Source: an uncultured virus (IMG/VR IMGVR_UViG_2508501054_000004)
Taxonomy: Duplodnaviria; Heunggongvirae; Uroviricota; Caudoviricetes
Length of the DNA stretch: 64,000 bases
Virus record (IMG/VR): IMGVR_UViG_2508501054_000004
Strand: one strand, 5' to 3'
The notes under the pieces were generated by a model. The model made no database searches, was not told the DNA's origin, and saw only the letters and a program-made list of their open reading frames with translations. The translations under genes and the position numbers were made by a program. Shown here piece after piece: positions 9,979 to 17,336 of the stretch (within the stretch, counting starts at the first letter, position 1; every line of letters starts with the position of its first letter).

Positions 9979-10349
9979 GCAGCGTCCTCCCCGTGCCCCT
10001 CCTTTTGGGGCACCAACTGAAGGCGAATCAGCTCCGCGAGACCCTCTTTCGATTTGCCGGTTGCAGCCGCGCAAAGCCGCCCCTCTCTGTCTGCAACCAC
10101 TGCGCCATATGGGCGCTCGGGGCTGCGCGTGGGGGTCACATAGGCGACTTGACCCTCAAGCAGTACAGAGTCGACAGCCCGAAATACTTCCGCCAATTCG
10201 GCAGTAACAGGCGGCAAACCGTCCAGCATGCTGAGTGCCTCTGAGGTTGCGCCGATCAATGTTGAGCGACTTACGATGGTTGGGTGGTTCAGGTGCAAAG
10301 GAACCAGTTTCAGCGCGCATACGGCGTGAGTAATTGCGTTCAGAGTCAT
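9975..10349 (-). CDS. hypothetical phage protein
   Basis: 124-aa ORF translationally coupled on both sides. Confidence 0.7.
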   Translation of the reverse strand: MTLNAITHAVCALKLVPLHLNHPTIVSRSTLIGATSEALSMLDGLPPVTAELAEVFRAVDSVLLEGQVAYVTPTRSPERPYGAVVADREGRLCAAATGKSKEGLAELIRLQLVPQKEGHGEDAA

Positions 10350-10621
10350 GCTGCGGCGTCCTTCTTCGTGTTGGTGATGCCAAGCTGGTCTGAAAGCCAG
10401 GTAACACCCGCCTCCTTGACCATCACCACTGCATAGTGGCTGTAGGCATGAATGTTCTTGTTCCAGCGGCTGCGCGAATCTACGTAGAGGTAGCCTTGGT
10501 CGCGGTGCTTGGATGCGAGCTCGCCTGCCTGGGTCAGCACGCCTATTTCTCGCAACTTTGCTCGAAATGTCCGTGGCTTCATGCCCAGAATCGTTGCTGT
10601 AGCGTCGAGGGTTCTGTTCAT
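10346..10621 (-). CDS. phage antirepressor KilAC-domain protein
   Basis: TATILGMKPRTFRAKLREIG...HRDQGYL...VKEAGVTWL. Confidence 0.75.
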   Translation of the reverse strand: MNRTLDATATILGMKPRTFRAKLREIGVLTQAGELASKHRDQGYLYVDSRSRWNKNIHAYSHYAVVMVKEAGVTWLSDQLGITNTKKDAAA

Positions 10622-10631
10622 GACGAGTGCC

Positions 10632-11204
10632 TCAGGCCACGGCCAGCAAACCGCGTGAGCGGATGGCGCGATACAGCTCGTCCAGTGCGCCATACAGCTC
10701 TTGAAGGCCGCTGTCGTTGGTTAGTACCAAGTCGTCCGGGTGGACTGACACACCTGCTTCGCTGATGTGGGGATTAACTTCGGCTGCGTCTGGTCGGTAG
10801 AGGTGAATGACCGTCCCGCCCCGTTTGCGGATGAAGTCAGCCTCGTTTTCGAAGCGGACATCGCTCACGACAAAGCCCGGCACGCCGTCGAACACCGCAC
10901 TGAGGCAATCAAGGTTCTGTTCGGCGAGGTCGACCCACAAGTTGGCGCTGATCATGTGACGGCCCCACTCGGTGCCGAGAAGTTGCATCAACTGGCGAGG
11001 TGAACGGCCCAGCCAGTCGATGGGCTGTTCCTTTTTGTCGCCTTCGAAATCCTCGGGACTGAGGTTGAATATGGCCATTATGCCGTCGCGCAACGGGTCG
11101 GCGAATGCGTAGCACTCAAACCCGTGATCGTGGGCCAGGTGACTGGCTGCGGTTGTTTTGCCGGAGCGGGCAGGGCCGGTGAGGCCGATCAGGATCTGCT
11201 TCAT
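10632..11204 (-). CDS. deoxynucleotide monophosphate kinase
   Basis: GLTGPARSGKTT P-loop, FADPLR, RQLMQLLGTEWGR, VSDVRFENEA, HISE. Confidence 0.9.
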   Translation of the reverse strand: MKQILIGLTGPARSGKTTAASHLAHDHGFECYAFADPLRDGIMAIFNLSPEDFEGDKKEQPIDWLGRSPRQLMQLLGTEWGRHMISANLWVDLAEQNLDCLSAVFDGVPGFVVSDVRFENEADFIRKRGGTVIHLYRPDAAEVNPHISEAGVSVHPDDLVLTNDSGLQELYGALDELYRAIRSRGLLAVA

Positions 11205-11395
11205 GCCGCATCACCTCCCCATGGACCGAAGTCATCGACTGCCGGTGCAGGTGCTGCTTTCGCATCTCTGCTTTTTGGCGGGATGATCAGGAGAAGGCCG
11301 GTTTGGCGCTGAGTGGTGGCGATAGATTCGCGATTGGAGGCCGCTGCCGGGTGGAGATACACCGGGCAGCGGGTATTGCGCTGAATGGTTTGCAT
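11201..11395 (-). CDS. first gene of leftward early operon, hypothetical
   Basis: 64-aa ORF, VYLHPAAA motif, coupled to kinase. Confidence 0.65.
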   Translation of the reverse strand: MQTIQRNTRCPVYLHPAAASNRESIATTQRQTGLLLIIPPKSRDAKAAPAPAVDDFGPWGGDAA

Positions 11396-11429
11396 GGCTC
11401 GTACTCTGTGGTGAGAGGGGTACGAGACA

Positions 11430-11471
11430 AAATTAGTACTACTGCTTATTTATGTCAACAGTAATACTTAT
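11430..11471 (-). promoter_or_regulatory. leftward early promoter with two operator copies
   Basis: minus strand TTGACA-N17-TAATTT (11458-11430); operators ATTAGTactACTGCT (11432) and AACAGTaatACTTAT (11457). Confidence 0.65.
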
Positions 11472-11509
11472 AATTTGATGCAAAATTAGATTTCCTGCTG
11501 ATTTTTCTT

Positions 11510-12325
11510 TTAGAGAAGGACCGAATACCAGAAGACTTTACCAATCACTCGGATGTGATCGCGCACGTAATCACCGTCATAGCGCTCGTCAGGATGTTCT
11601 TCGGCGTTGTAGCTTCGAAGGCGCAATCCTGATCCTGGAAGGCGGTACAAGACTTTCACGCGAAGCTGACCGTCGTGATCGATGGCGTACATTTTCCCGT
11701 CTTGGATTGCCGTGACAGCAGTATCAACCCCAACTGTGCTTCCATCTGGCAATACCGGTTCCATGCTGTTCCCGTGAACTGGAACGCAGCCTGCCGTGTT
11801 CGGATCGATACCCTTCTTCTGCAGAGTCCGTTTGCCGAAGCGCAGCATCCTTCCGTTTGTTTCAAGCATAACTTCGGAGCCTTTACCTGCTGAAAGTTCT
11901 ACTTCTTTGAAAAAAGGCAGTTCAACCTCGTCCGGGTCGAGAGGGGTCTTGTCATCCCATTCTTCAATCGGGATCAACGCGTGAGCGGAGGCCGAAGGGG
12001 GGCCATCTAGGTCTCCTTCTTGAAGGTCCATAGAAAACGGTGTCCCAACCACCGGGTATTTGATGAACCTCGCAAGGCGTGGGCTCACCTGCTCGTAGCT
12101 GAAGCCTAAGACGTTTGAAAACTTGGATAAAGCGTTGAAATTCAGTGGAATTTTCCCATTGAGGTACTGACTCACAACGCTCTGTCCTGCCCAACCGCAT
12201 AGATCAGCGATCCTTTCCTGTGTGAGTGATTTGTCCTCACGTTTTTTGGCCAAGTAGAAGTCTTTCAACCGCTTCGCCTCAGCGGCACGGATTTCGGGGG
12301 TAGGGTTAAGCAGGTCATAGGTCAT
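11510..12325 (-). CDS. cI: CI-like repressor (HTH + S24 peptidase)
   Basis: LTQERIADLCGWAGQSVVSQYLNG HTH; SAG.G cleavage region, GNSMEP and VKVL catalytic motifs; likely start ATG 12325. Confidence 0.92.
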   Translation of the reverse strand: MTYDLLNPTPEIRAAEAKRLKDFYLAKKREDKSLTQERIADLCGWAGQSVVSQYLNGKIPLNFNALSKFSNVLGFSYEQVSPRLARFIKYPVVGTPFSMDLQEGDLDGPPSASAHALIPIEEWDDKTPLDPDEVELPFFKEVELSAGKGSEVMLETNGRMLRFGKRTLQKKGIDPNTAGCVPVHGNSMEPVLPDGSTVGVDTAVTAIQDGKMYAIDHDGQLRVKVLYRLPGSGLRLRSYNAEEHPDERYDGDYVRDHIRVIGKVFWYSVLL

Positions 12326-12337
12326 GGCTGTCAATTT

Positions 12338-12411
12338 ATAAGCAAGACTTATTATTTCCAAACAGGCGGGCTGATATTTTTCTTGCGCTAATTTAGAAGT
12401 ATCACTAATAT
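12338..12411. promoter_or_regulatory. rightward operator/promoter region with three operator copies
   Basis: ATAAGCaagACTTAT (12338), AACAGGcggGCTGAT (12361), AGAAGTatcACTAAT (12395); TTGCGC-N17-TAATAT promoter. Confidence 0.6.
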
Positions 12412-12442
12412 TTTTACGTAGACGCCCTTCGAGGACACTAGG

Positions 12443-12775
12443 ATGCCGGATGAAATTGGAGTGATGCTTTGTGAATTTGCCAAGGGCAAGACGCAGCCCG
12501 AGCTGGCTGGCCTGCTCAGCGTGTCGCAAAGTGCCGTATCGCAAATGCTGAATTCTGATCGTGATATCAGGGTTCGAATCGGTTCTGACGGCAGTTGTCT
12601 TGCCTACGAGATCAGGCCCATAGGTAATAGAAAAAACCTAAAGCTGCTTAAAGAAAAAGTCGCAGGGCCGGGGACCTCTCACCACAAGATTCCCCCGACC
12701 CAGCAACGGCAGTGCAAAACACTGCCAACTCCGCCGACCAGGTCCTCTCACCACAAGAATCGCCTGGTTGGCTAG
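12443..12775 (+). CDS. cro: Cro-like protein (true end probably near 12651; likely 1-bp indel in A run)
   Basis: KTQPELAGLLSVSQSAVSQM HTH divergent from cI. Confidence 0.8.
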   Translation: MPDEIGVMLCEFAKGKTQPELAGLLSVSQSAVSQMLNSDRDIRVRIGSDGSCLAYEIRPIGNRKNLKLLKEKVAGPGTSHHKIPPTQQRQCKTLPTPPTRSSHHKNRLVG

Positions 12776-12883
12776 AACGATGAACCGTGCCGCACAGCAC
12801 GTTTAGCACAGCACATCGGTCGTGGTCGTAGGATAGGGCGTGCCCCTGCCTGTGGCTACACCGTAAACGGGGATTTTACGGTT

Positions 12884-13372
12884 ATGAGTCGCACGGATCT
12901 TTTGCCTGACGCTGGTCAGGTACTTTCGTTGCGTCAGGCGCTTTATCGCGCCGGGCGCGATTACAAGGGCGGGGTTACTGCCCTTGCCCACGACATGGTG
13001 TTGGACAACGACACCCTCCAGAAAAAGCTGAAGCTTGATGAAGAGCGACGCTGGCTCAATCCGGATGAGCTTGAGGATGTCATTCGTCTTACCGGCAGCC
13101 CGCTTTTGCTCGACGCTTTGATGCGGCCAGCAGCAGCTGTTTGGTACCAGCCGGAGCCTGTCGCTGCTACTCAGGATGCGCTCAAGTCGGTAGGCAAGCT
13201 TCTAACGGAAACGGGCGAGTTCGTTTCGGGCATGCATAACGGTGCTGCCGACGGTGTATGGGAACTGCACGAAGTCGCTCTGCTGGAGAAGCAGGGCAAT
13301 GACATCATTCGTGCGGTGCTGGGCATCATGGCCGGCGCTCGTCTGGCGATGGAGGATCGCGCCAATGGCTGA
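12884..13372 (+). CDS. phage regulatory CII-family protein
   Basis: ALYRAGRDYKGGVTALA...LQKKL; position after cro. Confidence 0.75.
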   Translation: MSRTDLLPDAGQVLSLRQALYRAGRDYKGGVTALAHDMVLDNDTLQKKLKLDEERRWLNPDELEDVIRLTGSPLLLDALMRPAAAVWYQPEPVAATQDALKSVGKLLTETGEFVSGMHNGAADGVWELHEVALLEKQGNDIIRAVLGIMAGARLAMEDRANG

Positions 13373-13571
13373 CGATATCGACCGCGCTACGGAACAGGCT
13401 CAGTACCTTTTGGACGTCGCTCTGTTTAAGCATCGCCGAATCCCGACCAGTTTGGTCAGCTCACAGTTCTGTGAAGACTGCGACGATCCGATCCCGGAGC
13501 CACGCCGTGCTGCCATTGTTGGCTGCGAGACGTGTATTCACTGTCAGTCGCTGCGGGAGCAGCGTAGATGA
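13365..13571 (+). CDS. TraR/DksA C4 zinc-finger protein
   Basis: MADDIDRA...CEDCDDPIPEPRR...CETCIHCQ. Confidence 0.9.
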   Translation: MADDIDRATEQAQYLLDVALFKHRRIPTSLVSSQFCEDCDDPIPEPRRAAIVGCETCIHCQSLREQRR

Positions 13572-16261
13572 GTGATCGTCCAATCCCGCTTTCAGCTTGG
13601 GCACGTCGCTACTGTGAGACATTCAATTTTGCGTTAGTACCGATACATCCGGGCGAGAAAGGCCCGAAGGGAAGGGGGTGGAACCAGCCTGGCAAGTACA
13701 TCGTTGATCCTGCCAAGGCCGAAGCGTTCTGGACTAAAAATCCAAACCACAACCTCGGCGTTGTGCTCGGGCCGAGTCGGGTCTGTTCGTTGGACGTCGA
13801 CGATGTACAGTGGACGCGGTTCGTCCTGTACGAACTGTTGGGCGTTGATCTGGACGCGCTTGCACTGGCTTTCCCGACTGTCGTTGGCAACCCTCTGCGG
13901 TTCCGGGTTCTGTTTCAGGTCCCTGAAGGGCTGGAACTGACGCGGCACTCCCTGTCTTGGCCCAATGAAAACGACCCGGATGGGTCAAAGCACAGGGCAA
14001 TCATGCTGAAGGCAAACGCTGCTCGGGAGGCGGGCGATACGGCCAGAGAGGCCTTGTATCGAGCAGATGCCGAGCAGTACAAGCGGTTCACAGTGTTTGA
14101 ATTGCGTGCAGGATTGGTGCAGGACGTACTGCCTCCCTCCATTCATCCAGGCACCGGCCAGCCATACACCTGGCGCACGCCGCCTGATGCTTCGGGGCTT
14201 CCGGTTCTGATCAGCGATCTGCTGAATGTCTGGAACAACTGGGACGTCTTCAAACGGGGCGCTGAGGCTGCGTGCCCATGGCTGCCGAAGGACGCCAAGC
14301 CTACTGGCAAACAAAAGCCGAAACCCAAGCCAGCCCTTGTAGGTGGCAGGCGGCCGTCTGTCATTGACGAATTCAACAACTGCCACGACGTCGAAGAGAT
14401 ATTGCGCAGCCACGGCTACACCAAGCGCGGGGGCAAATGGCTGTATCCGCAAAGTAGTACCGGGCTGCCGGGGATCACCGTGGCGGAAGGCAAGGTGTAT
14501 TCGCACCATGCGGCTGATCCACTGGCCAACGGTCACCAGAACGATGCATTCGAAGTGTTCTGCTTACTGGAGCATGGCGGTGATCAGTCCAAGGCGGTGA
14601 AGGAAGCGGCGCGCATGCTAGGCATGCAGTCGACCCGACCCAGCGCAAGCGATCTTCCCCCAGCCCCAACTGAGGGTAGCGACACACCAGATGCAGCAGC
14701 ACCGGACGCGCCAAGTGAGGCGGCTCCTGCACCTGACGGGGGGGCGGGGGAGGAGCTGACCATCGAGCAGGTGCTGCGCCGTTTTGCGTTGGTAGAAGGC
14801 ACCACGCATGTGTGGGACTTCGATAAGTCTCGGGCGATGAAGAAGTCGGCTTTTGAAGCGCGCGTGGGAAAGCCCATTGCCAAGCTTTGGCTTGATGCCA
14901 CGGACAAGAAGCTGATCGCTGACGAGCAGGTGAAGGACATTGAGCAGGCCCGGAAAATGGCGGGCAAGAAGGGCGGTGCGCTGGGCATGCGCCCCACGGA
15001 ACGTTACGTCTATATCGACGGTACCAAAGACGTTTGGGATCGAGAGAAGAAACGCCGGATCGCCGAGGGGGCCGTCAAGATGGCCTTGGGCGACACCTAT
15101 GCGCTCTGGTTGAACAGCAGCGAGCGGCGGGTGGTGGACGTCGAACACATTGTCTTCGACCCGACCATGACGAAGGACCCCAGCATTTACATCAACACCT
15201 TTGACGGCCTGCCATTGGAGCCGGTCAACGACGACGCGGCGTGCGCCAACCTGCGCTGGCTGATTTCATTCCTCTGTAACCATGATGAGGCTGCTGCACT
15301 GTGGCTGACTCGTTGGCTTGCATATCCGTTGCAACACCTCGGGGCCAAGATGGATACGGCGGTTCTGATGCACTCCACCATGGAAGGCTCGGGCAAAAGC
15401 CTGTTGTTCGCCGACACCTTCGGTGCGCTCTATGGCCAGTACGCCGCGACAGTTGGCCAGACCCAGTTGGAGAGCAACTTCAACGCCTGGCAAAGCAGGA
15501 AGATGTGGGCTGTGTTCGAAGAGGTGGTCAGCCGCGATCAGCGTTACAACCAGGTCGGTAAGATCAAGCACTTGGTCACCGGTAAGACCGTGCGCATGGA
15601 GTCGAAGTTCATCAACGGCTGGGAGGAGGCCAACCACATGAACGCGGTGTTTCTCAGCAACGAGATCCTGCCGTGGCCGATAAGTGACAGTGACCGACGG
15701 ATGTTGGTCATGTGGCCGATGGAAACCTTGCCGGTCGCTCGACAGAAAGCCATCGGCCGCGAGCTGGAGAATGGCGGTGTTGCCGCGCTCTACGGCTGGC
15801 TGTTGCGTGTGGATCTGGGCGACTTCAATGAACGCACCCGCCCGCCCAGCACTGCTTCACGCGAGCGGCTGGTTGCGCTCAGTCGGGCCGGGTGGCAAAC
15901 GTTTCTGTACCTTTGGCGGTATGGCGAATTGGGGAGAGGGCTCTGGGGGGTATGTCTTTCGACGGACCTCTACGCCTTGTTTCTGGAGTGGTGTCAGCGC
16001 AACAAAGAGCACGTGATGAGCCAGACGAAGTTCTCGCTGTTCATCAGTTCGGAGGTGGAGAAGACCCGGTCAATACCCTGGACTGAGCGCAATGATCGGC
16101 GCTTCGGCGCTTTCTTCGTGCCCGATGATCCTGAGGCTTCCCTTCCCCCATCAATGAGAGCGCCGGACTTAGGCGTTGCCGTTGAGGCCTGGCGGGCCAA
16201 GGCGCGCCTTGCGGGATGGAGCGTGGACAGCTGGGACCACGTGAAGGGGGTCGTAGTATGA
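13568..16261 (+). CDS. bifunctional primase-polymerase / SF3-type helicase (DUF5906)
   Basis: N-terminal prim-pol (KGP..GW, NLGV, LDVD, PPSIHP); C-terminal EGSGKS Walker A, FEE Walker B, SN motif C. Confidence 0.9.
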   Translation: MSDRPIPLSAWARRYCETFNFALVPIHPGEKGPKGRGWNQPGKYIVDPAKAEAFWTKNPNHNLGVVLGPSRVCSLDVDDVQWTRFVLYELLGVDLDALALAFPTVVGNPLRFRVLFQVPEGLELTRHSLSWPNENDPDGSKHRAIMLKANAAREAGDTAREALYRADAEQYKRFTVFELRAGLVQDVLPPSIHPGTGQPYTWRTPPDASGLPVLISDLLNVWNNWDVFKRGAEAACPWLPKDAKPTGKQKPKPKPALVGGRRPSVIDEFNNCHDVEEILRSHGYTKRGGKWLYPQSSTGLPGITVAEGKVYSHHAADPLANGHQNDAFEVFCLLEHGGDQSKAVKEAARMLGMQSTRPSASDLPPAPTEGSDTPDAAAPDAPSEAAPAPDGGAGEELTIEQVLRRFALVEGTTHVWDFDKSRAMKKSAFEARVGKPIAKLWLDATDKKLIADEQVKDIEQARKMAGKKGGALGMRPTERYVYIDGTKDVWDREKKRRIAEGAVKMALGDTYALWLNSSERRVVDVEHIVFDPTMTKDPSIYINTFDGLPLEPVNDDAACANLRWLISFLCNHDEAAALWLTRWLAYPLQHLGAKMDTAVLMHSTMEGSGKSLLFADTFGALYGQYAATVGQTQLESNFNAWQSRKMWAVFEEVVSRDQRYNQVGKIKHLVTGKTVRMESKFINGWEEANHMNAVFLSNEILPWPISDSDRRMLVMWPMETLPVARQKAIGRELENGGVAALYGWLLRVDLGDFNERTRPPSTASRERLVALSRAGWQTFLYLWRYGELGRGLWGVCLSTDLYALFLEWCQRNKEHVMSQTKFSLFISSEVEKTRSIPWTERNDRRFGAFFVPDDPEASLPPSMRAPDLGVAVEAWRAKARLAGWSVDSWDHVKGVVV

Positions 16262-16274
16262 GTACCTCTAAAAG

Positions 16275-16567
16275 TGTGTTGGGTGTGTTGGGTATGTTTT
16301 GGGTTGGTTTTGGCAACCCGACACAGATCAAACGCCCAGTTTTCGAGGGGTGCAGACGTGTGTGTTGGGTGTGTTGGGTTTGGCGTCGCGTGCGCGCATG
16401 CGTGACGTTATTAATGCCGGTTAAAGCGCAGTTATTTTTTCTCCATGCGAGGACCGACGAACCCGACAAACCCAACACACCTAACACACTCTTTATTAAT
16501 TCATTGTTTTTAAAAGGTTTTAAGTGTGTTGAGTCTGTGTTGGGTAGGGCGTTTTGTGTGTTGGGTT
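16275..16567. repeat. iteron-like TGTGTTGGG direct and inverted repeats, candidate replication origin
   Basis: about 8 copies of (G)TGTGTTGGG or variants, inverted CCC(A/G)ACA copies and an AT-rich tract, immediately after the primase/helicase. Confidence 0.7.
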
Positions 16568-16589
16568 CAGATTTCGAGAGGAAAGGGCA

Positions 16590-17072
16590 TTGATCAAGGA
16601 AATCGAAGCGTTGATGGTGCATTGGGGCGAGCAGATGCGCGAGCGCGGCCAAGGCGGCGGCTTGGGCAGCCAGATGGGGGCCATTATCGAATGGGGCGGC
16701 GCGCCGCCGCGTGGTACGCCGGGCTCTCGGATACCTGGCGGTGCTGGGTGCGGGATTGATCACATTGCCAGTGAGGTTCAGGCAGCGGTGGCTGAGCTGG
16801 AACGGTCAGGCCGTGCACCGTTGGCACGGTTGGCACTGGAGCGTTATTGCGCCATGGCGACGGTCCGCGATCAGATGAAAGCGGTCGGTATTGCCGAAGG
16901 CGCTGATAGGACTTATCGCAACTGGGTTGATCGCCTGCATCAGCAAGTCCTGCTGATTCTCACACTGCGCAGCGGTTCGACACGTGGCTACCCGGTTGGA
17001 CCGCAAACCAACCGCCATCTGAAGGTGGCGACAGGTGTCTCAAGAGCGATTGGAATCCCTCGAGCGCTCTGA
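16590..17072 (+). CDS. PA0613-like putative late regulator (Q-like)
   Basis: IKEIEALMVHWGEQ...RY...RTYRNWVDRLHQQV; located between replication and lysis; TTG start. Confidence 0.6.
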   Translation: MIKEIEALMVHWGEQMRERGQGGGLGSQMGAIIEWGGAPPRGTPGSRIPGGAGCGIDHIASEVQAAVAELERSGRAPLARLALERYCAMATVRDQMKAVGIAEGADRTYRNWVDRLHQQVLLILTLRSGSTRGYPVGPQTNRHLKVATGVSRAIGIPRAL

Positions 17073-17073
17073 C

Positions 17074-17160
17074 TGTGTAATTGCATTCACTTGACCACCT
17101 GTTTGCATTGGACTTGACCAGTCATTTCCATTTCTTAATGACCAGTTGTTTGCAGTTGAT
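17074..17160 (+). repeat. degenerate 22-24 bp tandem repeats, possible IS21-family end remnant
   Basis: TGT start, then TTGCATT...TGACCA units at 17081, 17103, 17126 and a partial unit at 17150. Confidence 0.45.
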
Positions 17161-17336
17161 GGGTGTCAGCGGGTGACACTCATGGGGAGTTCGCCAGCCG
17201 AGCACTGAAGGACTGCAACCGACCCGAAGCTGCCCTTGACGGAGGGCAGTTCACGGAACGAAGGTGGCGATACCTCAAATCAGAATCGCTACTGAACCGG
17301 CAGCGGCCTACGACATGATTAGTCTTCTACAGCTGA

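Noticed and set aside
9736..11395. many early proteins end in Ala-Ala (ClpXP-like degron)
   Set aside because: Largely explained by RBS plus (A/G)TGA overlaps (GAGG..GCxGCxTGA); cannot be separated from degron selection here
16216..16593. 125-aa ORF (and antisense ORF 16044-16763)
   Set aside because: The low-complexity VLG/CWV translation derives from the TGTGTTGGG repeats; probably non-coding
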